Shown: piece after piece, positions 25,556 to 35,600 of the stretch
Numbering within the stretch: position 1 is the first letter of the stretch
Layout: the number at the start of each line of letters is the position of its first letter
IMG/VR virus record: IMGVR_UViG_3300030108_003689
Span: 1 to 64,000 of that record
Length of the DNA: 64,000 nt
Direction: 5' to 3' (one strand)
Origin: a virus
Translations under genes and position numbers: made by a program
The notes under the pieces: model-generated
Databases searched by the model: none
What the model was told of the DNA's origin: nothing
Seen by the model: the letters and a program-made list of their open reading frames with translations, nothing else

Positions 25556-26005
25556 TTAAGCAGTTTCGCGAACAACCCAGTGCAGCCGAGCTTTCTTTAA
25601 GGTGATTACTCCGCCAGCAGCGTTTTGCTTCAAATGAAGGTACAACTTTCCAGATGTCGTTTGGTCGGCAGGTCGAGTCACATATGTGCCAAGAAAAATC
25701 GACGTAGAAAGAAGCGTCGTATCAGTTAATCCAGCCTGGGCCTTGATTCCCTCGGCGAGGCCGGTGCAAGGGTCATCACCGTTAGCATCCCAAGTTAAAA
25801 AAGCAGTAAGCTTAGTTGGTGTTCCAGACGTAATCTTTACTTGAAGATCAAGATGAGACAGGAAGCACGAGTTGGGCATCGCTTTTGAAAAAACATCCAT
25901 CCCTGTGGAAGGATCGTTGTCTTCATGAAGCAATATTTTTTTCGATAGATCAAACGAGCCGTTGATGCCTGTTACTTCCGCATCATTGACAATAAACCCT
26001 TGCAT
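25556..26005 (-). CDS. hypothetical virion protein
   Basis: GGAGG SD; structural context. Confidence 0.6.
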   Translation of the reverse strand: MQGFIVNDAEVTGINGSFDLSKKILLHEDNDPSTGMDVFSKAMPNSCFLSHLDLQVKITSGTPTKLTAFLTWDANGDDPCTGLAEGIKAQAGLTDTTLLSTSIFLGTYVTRPADQTTSGKLYLHLKQNAAGGVITLKKARLHWVVRETA

Positions 26006-26065
26006 TAGAGCCTCCAGGGAGAAGTGATCCGGGGGACGTTTGCCCCCCGAGTCAGGGGTTTAAGA

Positions 26066-26515
26066 TCAAGAGTTGCCGCCAACAAGACCGCGCCAAGTAG
26101 TGCCATCACAGAACAGCACAGCGCCCTCTGTTTGTCCTACAGTGACAATAGTTGCAGGTTCATCGCTTCTTACCACTAGACTTTCGTCAGCATCGGCAGC
26201 GTTGAACAAGAACAACAAGAGACCAGTGCTGCTTGCTTCTGCGGGCAAAGTAATGTTTCGGCCAGCGCCACCTGGATCCATAATAATCACGTTAGACTTG
26301 ATCACTGTTTGGTTAGCAGCAGCCGTTCCACTGACCAAAAGAGTGTGGTCTCCAGCGCATGTGATTGCTTCGCTTTTATGGGCGAGCAGGTTGGTTGCGC
26401 CACTTAAGGCAGTCAAAAGTGCGGTTTGAGCCTTTACCTTAAAGCCTTTTCCAGGCTCGAAAGCGATGTCGTGGGCAAGAGCGCGACCACCTGTAAGTTC
26501 AGGAATTGAGGACAT
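26066..26515 (-). CDS. virion/fibre-associated protein
   Basis: DPGGAGRNITLPA...LFCDGTTW, a fibre-type motif. Confidence 0.65.
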   Translation of the reverse strand: MSSIPELTGGRALAHDIAFEPGKGFKVKAQTALLTALSGATNLLAHKSEAITCAGDHTLLVSGTAAANQTVIKSNVIIMDPGGAGRNITLPAEASSTGLLLFLFNAADADESLVVRSDEPATIVTVGQTEGAVLFCDGTTWRGLVGGNS

Positions 26516-26600
26516 GATTTACTCCATTTGGGGAAGGGGAATGGTTGTTCGAAAAGATCATAACACAGACTAAAGGCTATGAAGAAAAGACATACTAAAT

Positions 26601-29600
26601 CTATTGTTCATTGTCGATAGGAGCAGTACGCTCCAGAATTCTTTGTTGTGCTTCATTGCGTCTAATAGCTTCTGCTGACTTCTTAGCGTGTTGTTTATAT
26701 TTCCAGTACGCCAATTTTTTCCAAGTTTGAGGGTGCCAAGCTGAAAAACCTATAGTTCGGCCAATTTCAGTCGGGTAAAATTGGTCAGCATAAACATTAT
26801 ATGTCGAACCGTCTTTGCTTTTGTAGGCTACTCCATACTTCCTGAGCGTAGGAATACTCGCGGTCGTTATTTGATCCGCTCGCTTGACGGCCTCTTTAGC
26901 ACCATCCTTTGCCAATCCTGGCTCTGTTGGGCTGACATACGCTTGAGCTATTCCTGCATCATCGGGAACACTGACACGAATATCCTTCTCCTTGACGAAG
27001 CCGAGAACCTGAAGGGCTCCGATATTTGAAAGAATCGGCTTATCTGGATTCAAAGATTTCAGCGCATGCGTCAAATCCATCAACCCTTCGACAACACCCG
27101 CGTTCGCACGAGATAGCGCCCAAAGGTTGTCTCCCATCCGACCAGTCACTGGAGTTTGCAAGTACTCCATCAAGAATAGATACGCTTTCGTGTTTTTGGC
27201 AACAAAGATGCCTCTCCCAGGCATTTCGATGTTTCGTTCGTTCACTCGTCGCTTTTCTTTATCGTCCCACACGAAACGAATGTTTTCTGGCTCGATGTAC
27301 TCGATGCCCAAAATGTCATGTAGTGTTCCGCCAGTAAACTCCAAATCGAACTCAACAAGCTCTGCTGGAACCTGTAAGGTTGCCCTTTCAAGCGGGAAGC
27401 CAAGACCAGGATCAATGCCGAACGTTACGGCAGCCCCAAGACCTAACTGAGGCGCCAGTCTCGAGAAGACACCAAGCCTAGCTGCTCTGGAAGACTCATC
27501 TCCTCCAGTAAATGGAAGCGCCAAGAAGAGTTCAAGCAACAAGCCAACAGAGTCACCAGTCAGCAAGAATGGAAGCCTGAATCTTTGGCCCATGATTTCG
27601 AACGGTAAAAACGATCGATATCTATCCCATGGAGACAACATCAGGTCTGGGTCCTTGGACTCCGTAGCCTTCAACTGCGTGTTTCTCGCAAACTTAAGCT
27701 GAGTAATCACTCGGTCAGGGTTTTCCAACAATGAAGTGAACAGCAGCTTGTTTGCCTGCGAGAAGTATGTATAGAAAGCGAAATACCGCTTGAAGTAACT
27801 TGCCTCAGCATCACTCAGATCAGAGTAATCCAGCATAATCTTGCGAGTTTTCTTGGCGGCATCGTCTAAAGTGGCACCAGCTTTAAGCTCTCTCACCAAC
27901 ACCTTTATTCTCATGTAGGTGTCAATAGCGACGAATGATTCCCTATAGAACCTATGCGCTTTGCTGAAGATGTTTCCAGGCTTCAGAGACTGAGCCATGC
28001 TCATTCCGAATGCTGCACTCAAAAGCGCACTCTGTGGGCCAAGTGGAGCACCTATTAGGCCAAACATCGCTCCATTGATCCAAGTCGGATTTGCTTGAGT
28101 AAACCGCTCATAGAACTGATCGTATAAATTATTGCTGGCTAAAGCATCAGCAAACGCACTCTTCCAGCCATATCGATCAACAGTGTTCGCCAACATGTCG
28201 GCAGTAATGATTCGGCCATCTGGTAATACCAGCGGCTTTGTACGGGGCCTATGCGAGCCGTCACCGAAAAGTCTGGCCAGTGTTCCTGCTACAAACTGGA
28301 TCTCTACGTCCGCAGCCTCTGCAATGTTTCTGACCAGCGGAGTGACCTCGGAGGCTACCCTGGCGCCTGTTCCTGGTGCTTCAAGAAGGTCTTGTGTCGC
28401 AGCTAAGACGCCTTGTCCGAGGTGAACCTGACTGAGACCACCGATGAATACGCCCATTCCGTAGCCCACCATAGGTAAGCCACCGACACCAATCAAAAGA
28501 CCAGTGTAGAACGTTCTTGGTGATACTAAAAACTCAGCCGCTCTTTGCCAAACCAAAGCCGCATTTGCAATCTGCTCTTTGATTCTTTGAGAGTTTTGCG
28601 TAGACGCATCTTTCAACTCAAGTTGATACTCGGCTCTACCAGTTCTACCCCATGTTTTTTTGAAACGAGCGTTCGGATACGTTTCTTGAGCCCAGCTTTC
28701 AAGCTGATCAACCATGTTCTTAGGCATGATGAACTGCTTGTCACCAATCATAATGATTTCAGCGGTGCCGTCATCAATACGAATACCTGCACGCTTCAGT
28801 ATCTGATCGGCCTCATATTGTGCTGACTTATCAATACGGGTGATAACGTCGGAGTCTGGCCTTTTTGCTGATGGCTTCTCGGTAGGCCCGTACATGTCTT
28901 TCACGGGCTTCTGCGCGATTCTGACCTTTCGTCCAAACTGCAGATCACTGAACCCAGCCACTTCATCGGACTTACTCAGGGTACGATCGATGTAGAACAG
29001 TACTCGATCTACGTACTTGCTCCTACTGATGTTGATTTCACCTTTAAGATCAAGATTGTTTGTTATTGATCTGCGCGACAAGTCGTAACCATTTTCGGCA
29101 AGCTCTCGGGCCAAACCGAACCGAACATCATCGACTTTCAACATGATCATCAGAGCCATCAAGGCTTGATTCAAGTCTGGAGTCTTTGTAGAGTACTTCA
29201 CTCCGAGTTGATCAGCGATCGGCCTCGATACTCCCTCGATGATTTTACCCATCAAGCCCAGTTTCTTGCTGTACTGGAATACTTGTCGTGGCGTCTGCGC
29301 TTCTGGTGCGCGTCGGATCTTTTTAGGTGTTCCGATATCCAGCAGACCCTTGATGTCACCTCTGTAGAACTTTTGATATATATCGATCACTAAAGGGTCG
29401 TTCAAATCGAATTGAGTGGCTTGCTTGATAGCAAGAATCTTTTCGAAGACATTGGTAGAAAAAGACTCAACATACTGCTTCTTTTCTCGCAGTCCTTCGT
29501 GAATCACCTGGATAGCATCAGCAATTGTTGCTCGATCGGTTGTGGTGAACTCTGCGGCGTCCTGAGCGTACTTCAATCGTTCATTGAAAATACGAAGCTG

Positions 29601-32600
29601 ATTGATAGCCTCTCTCTCCCTAGGGGTCATTCCATACGGACCATCAAGCAGGTCCTGCATGAGGGCAATCTTCCTACCAATCTCTTGAAGGGTTACGCCA
29701 CCACCTGGGGACATCTTGCCGAGGGCTGCATCGTCCAAATCAAACGGATCATAGGTTGTGGGAATAGGCTTTCCAGCCTCCTCCGCTTCCGCGACTCTAG
29801 CTGCGGCCTTCGCCTCCATTTTTTGGATAGAGCCATCCAAAGTTCCAACAATTTCAAAAAGCGAGCGAACGCTGGAAAGGTTCACTCTTGGTGTGTGTAA
29901 AGAAACATCATATTGGAAGAAATCATACAGAGTATCGATAGCCTTCAACTCTGGATCATTAGCAAGCCTAATAATCGACTTACCGGCATTCATGATCATT
30001 CGCCCATAACCGTCAAGAATTTCCACCATATTCGGGTCGGTGGTCATTTCTGAGATTTCTTTCTTCTTGCGCGTCGTCTCAGCTATTTTCCTAAGAGCCT
30101 CTCCTATGCCTTCGAATTGTTCCCTGTTTTCGAAGAACGATGCCATCCTCATTAAGTATCCAGGATGAGTCGTGTTCCTGCTACGCCTGTTTAATGGGGT
30201 CGCAACAATGTCAGTTACAACATTTCTGATCGTGTTGTATTCATCGACCGAAATCAGTCTCAAGTTGACATCGGGATCGAGCAAAGAGAATGGGATCAAA
30301 TCTGCTTCAGGTTGGTTACCGATTTCTTGTATCAGTGTTTTCAATCCCGCCTGAGCACGATCGTCCAAGACAATGAACCCGGTTTCTTGAACGCGCTTGT
30401 TTATCTGCTCATTTGACTCATTGAAAAATCTAGCAGCAAATCGATTCCTGTAAGAAAGAATATCAACGTCCGTGACACCATCCGGGATGGTGTCGGGGTC
30501 AGCCAACGAGTTCAACCCACTACGATTTGGCTGTTCAATTTGCTTGGTGATTGTTTCCGGGTCCATCCCAAGGGCATCAATAAATCTGTTTGTAGACTTA
30601 TCTGTGATGGTTTTGAGGATCGCAACAGGGACGTGGTATCGACCAGAGCCAACAGGCGTCATTGGCTTATTGGCCAAGCTTTTCCTAAACGCAGTGTTTT
30701 TGATCAATGCATATACTTCGAGGCCAGCATCAATCGCGTCATACTCTCTGGGATCGTATGAGCGCTCTAATACGCGCTGTCTTTCGCCCGTGTTTAGATC
30801 AGTCTCAAAGCGAATCCTGTTTTGCTTCCGATCACCGAGAAGGGAGTGCATGGTCTCTGAGTCAAAACCAAGCTCCATTGCAACTCGCTTACGAGCCTTG
30901 TCTGCATCCGGGCTATACAAAATTCGCTCTTGTTGGGTAGCCCTCAGCTTGGTGTACTTAGGCCGCTTATTTAAGGCAGCATTTGTAATTGCTTGAACGT
31001 TACGCCTATCTTTCGGTGCTTCACCAAACTCAAGGTCCCAATACTGGCGAACCTCATTGGGAAGAAGCCCAGGCTTCTTTCGAATGCGAGACCAAAGATT
31101 GTGCAGAGAAATCCAAAGCTCGTCCATCAGCCTTCTTACGAAGCCGTTTGGATTGTCTCGAACCCTCCGGTAGTACCTCCAGGCCTCCGCAAATTGCTCA
31201 TGACCCAGATCGGTGAGTGATCGAGTTCCGTCATCCATCAACTCATTATCGAAGTAGCGGAAAAGCTTATCCGTAAACTCTCTGCCCATGAGCGTGGCCA
31301 TGAAGTGGCCGTTCTCGTGCCAAAGGGTGTCAAGATCGCCCTTCTCGAACAGGTTGATGATTGCCTTGCGAGTACGCTGATCGTACTCGAAGTAACCGAG
31401 TGGCACGCCCTCCTTACGCTGGAACCTTGTGTCTGGATCACCGTCTTCGACTAAACGAAGCACTGTGGGCTCAACAGGATCTTTCGTTTGATCTTCTCCA
31501 AGCCCTGTTCTTCGGAGGTCTTTGTTTCCAGGATTCAGGAGGTCTGATTCTGCTCCTGCCGCATCTCTTGCTCTTCCCGAATCAGGTCTAAGTTCTCCGG
31601 TTCCACTGGAGTATCGGTCGAGAGCCACATTTTCGTTATCAGTTGCTCTTCTTCCGTATCTTCTGATGAGTTTGTCAAGGTTGTCGCGGTCGACAGACGC
31701 TCGATGATACCAGGGAGTATTCTCAAATTTTTCATTTTGTATGCTCCATCCTTTCGGAATTACTCGATCTTCTACTTTTACTCTTTCTTTATGTCGTTTG
31801 ATTTCACCAAAAAAGTCTGAATATGCTGCGGCATCGAATACGTAATTTACCCCATCTTGGGTCGCCATGACAAATGTTTGTTGACCGTCGGGCATAACCG
31901 CGTACTTGATACCGTACCGGAACATGCCGAACTTGCCTTCGCTTACGTATGCGCCTACTGCTGGATCGTCATACCCAAGAGCTTGCTTCAGAATCACTGC
32001 AAGCGTGTCGTGACCGACCTCTTGTCCGCTATTGATGACCCATGTTTCCCAATGAAGTCGACCGATGCTTCCTTCACCTTCTCGACCAGCGAGTCGATAT
32101 GCCTCATCGATGCTGCCCAACAGCAGGCTTTCGATGGCCTCATACAAGATTGCGCCACGACCACCCGATAAAACATCTGCCAATCCTCGGGACGCAGAAT
32201 ATGGCCTCGGGTTTTTGAGCCACTTCTTCCAAGACGCATCCGATGTGGGCTTTGAAAAGCCCTCGTAGAGATCCATTTGAGTGCCATCTCTGCGAAGAAC
32301 TCCATCACCGAGAAGGTTCTCAGCCTGACCCCAGAAGTGATTCGCTTGAATGCGGTCAATAACGATGACATCAGTTCGGCCAGCAGCCAACAACATGAAG
32401 GAGATTACCTTGTTGTCGATACCAGACGATTGATAGATTTGATGGAACAATCGTCGAGCTTGCTGACCACTAATGGATTGATCAAGCAAGATAGAGTGCC
32501 ATGCAGCCAGCTTGGTTTGTCCTGCATACGGATGGCCCTCGGGCAAAATTTCGCTGGATTGAGACAGAAAGTTTTTACCAAATGCCCGTAGGTTTGCCGC

Positions 32601-35600
32601 AGCCGGATTACCTGCACCCTCAATTCTTAAGGCAGGGGCGAAACCAACTAATTTACCAAACTCATCAGGTGTTATCTTTTCCTCACGAAGTAGTGCCGCC
32701 GCGTCTTTTCGGGCGTCAACCATAGTCTCCGTGATTTTTTCATTAGCTTTTTTATTATCAGCCAAAGCAGGCAAAAGCTGAGTTTTAAATCTATCTGCTT
32801 GATCTTCGTCGATTACGTTTCGATTCAACAAATCATTGATTGTATCAGCATCGCGTCCGACGAATAGTGTGTGTGTGGCCTGATCGATATCGCCATCAGC
32901 AAGCATCTTGTCTGCCGCACGCTGCCGATGAACGCCACCAACCCATACGTCGTACTCGAGCATCATTTTCGCGTCGAAAGTACCTTCGACCGCAGACCTA
33001 ATGAAACCATCCAAGTTCTTTTGAAAGACGCTTGCCGGAGGTGAGTTGAGGAAGATGTCTAAGAAGGCGCTTTCATGCGGGAACGCAGACAGGCTTCGAC
33101 TTAGAATCGCCCAAGCGAGAAGTTGGGCGGTGACATTTGCCTCAGCAATCCCGGTGTTGTACAGATTGCCGAGACCCTCAACCAACTCCATACCGCCATC
33201 GGCGCGCTTTTTTTGCTCTGGTGTTAGCCTGTTCAACTCCGCTGCAAGGCTCTCAGGATTAGCATATGTTCTGAGTTTCAGCGGTGGCCGAAGAACCTGC
33301 TTAGTATCGGTGATGCCTCCCCACCATTGATTCCAATCCTCGTCGGACAAGATGGGATTACGACCATCTAATAATTCGGTGTGATTGTCCGCCTTTTCGA
33401 ATGATGCTGCCGCATTTTTGGTATTCGTTCCTTTTGGTACAGGCTTTTCTTTGAATTTTTTCCTGCTGGGGTTCTTTCTCGTGAGAGGATCAGGCACACC
33501 GGAGTGCGTCTTGGCTTGGTACTTCTTTTTCTCGGCAGCCAGTTTTTTCCGGTCTACTTTAACAACAGCGGGCTTCTCAACTTTCATTTGAGCTTTGAAG
33601 AGTCTGTCTTTAAGTTCTAAGCGCTCGGCGTCTGAAAAATCTTCGAGATTTGATTTACCAAATTTCTTTTCTAAATCAGCCTTGAAGACCGGGTCAGTTT
33701 CTTCAATATTCAAGTCGTCCATGATCGCACGAATGCGACTCAATGAGTTGTCTCGACCGAGTGGTTGACTGAAAGCATTCTCAGGCGTTTCATCAACTTC
33801 TTCCAGGCCCTTGCCCATGAATCGAGCGCCAGGACGAGCAGGGCGGTTTGTGGTAATCCTCAGACCCCCTAGAACCTCTGCTGCTGAACGATAAGGGGTA
33901 TCTGTTGCGTCTGCGATACGAGTGGCCTGAGCCTCAAGCATAGACATAAATCGAGCGGCATCGTCGGCCTTGATTCGACCGGCCTGAACAAGATCATTCA
34001 CATCAGCCAACAGAGCTTTATATTCGGGGCTGTTCTTCAATACGATGATGTCGTTCGTATCTACTGCTCGGGTAATTTTTTCAGACTGTCGTCGAACATA
34101 TTTACTGACTTGTGCCGCTTCTTGAAATGCAGCAAAAACCTCATCTGGATTTCTTCCAGTTGCGATAAGAATGTCGCTAAACAACTCACGCTCAGCAGCA
34201 TCCATCCTATCAAGTGGGTTTGGACCCTCATTAAGCTCAGCTTGCGCGTTTTGCTTGAGCAGCTTGTGGTTGGCTACTGTGGGGTCTTCTGTTCTATCGA
34301 AATCAGTGTTTTGAAGTAATCGACGCTTGGTAAGAGCAGCCCGATTCGCAGGGTGCTCAGACATAAAGACTTTACCAGCAGGGATCGCGTTGGCTCCAAC
34401 TCTACCCACGTTTCCTACTGCACGACCGATATACTTTTCGAGGTTCAGCATATCTAAACCGAACCCAAGGTTTTGAGCCAAGTTGAACTCTGGGCTCCCT
34501 CGCTCGAAGCCCTTAGCGAGCATAAGCTCTTCGTAGCCAACCTGGAATCCACCAGTGCCAGACTTTCGTCGAGCCCTGATCCGGCTTTGTAGCGTTGATT
34601 CAGGGTTTCTAATCCCCAATCCTTCGAGTAAATCAACACCGGCTGGTGTACCCACTACTGTTGGCAAGCCCAGCGTTTCCACTACAGGCAGAAGGGTGTC
34701 TGGGAAATCTTTGAAATCGACCGCAACGTCAGTTTCTGCGGCTACGGTTGGTATGAGTGCTGCCCACTGAAGAAGCTCACCAAAAAGAGTTGGAGCGTAT
34801 TGGAGACTACCGCCCTTTTTGAGCATCAAAGATTGCATCGTCCGTTGAATTTCACGTGTAGATTTTCGACCGACCTTTTCTTCGAGGAACTTTGCGTTAT
34901 CTCTTGCCCATTTTTCGACTTGGTCTGTCGTTGGCATTTGATAAATGCCTGCGCTGTTTGACTGCCTGAATTGATTGACAAACCGCAAAGGCATCGAGTT
35001 CAATAGCTGCTGTACTGCTGCTTTATTATCGCCCTCTCGAATAGCCTCAAGTGTAGCGTCAATCTTCGGATTGCCGTGGTACTCTTTGCCGCCCATGGCC
35101 ATGTCGAGCTTTACGAATTCAATAAACGCATCAACGTTAGGCTGTTCACCTTTGATGTCTGGATTCAACTCATTGTACGATTGCTCATAAAGCCAAGATT
35201 TCACCCACAGCTTCTTATTTTTATCTGAGGGATTGTGAACGCCTAAATCGATATCCTCAAAATATTGAATTGCATCCCAATCTTTATACTCGGGCTCTCT
35301 CTTTCGTCTTGCCCTTGTAAGTTGTTCACTGAGGTCTTTAATCTCTTCTTCTCTTGCTAAATTTGCCGCTTCTCGAAACTCAGGAGTTTCCTTCAGTTCG
35401 GTTTGAATTTCTGCAAGAACTTCAGCAAACTGTTGACCAGCGCTTTTTTCTCCAGATGTGTCAATACCGAGTGCTACTTCAACAGCAGTCTGTTCCAAAT
35501 CTGTGAGCTTGTCTTTTCCAGAAGCATATGAATGAGATAAAATTGAAGCTAAAGCTCTTTTACTACGCAATTGCGATAAAGCGGTTCCACCAATTGCGGC

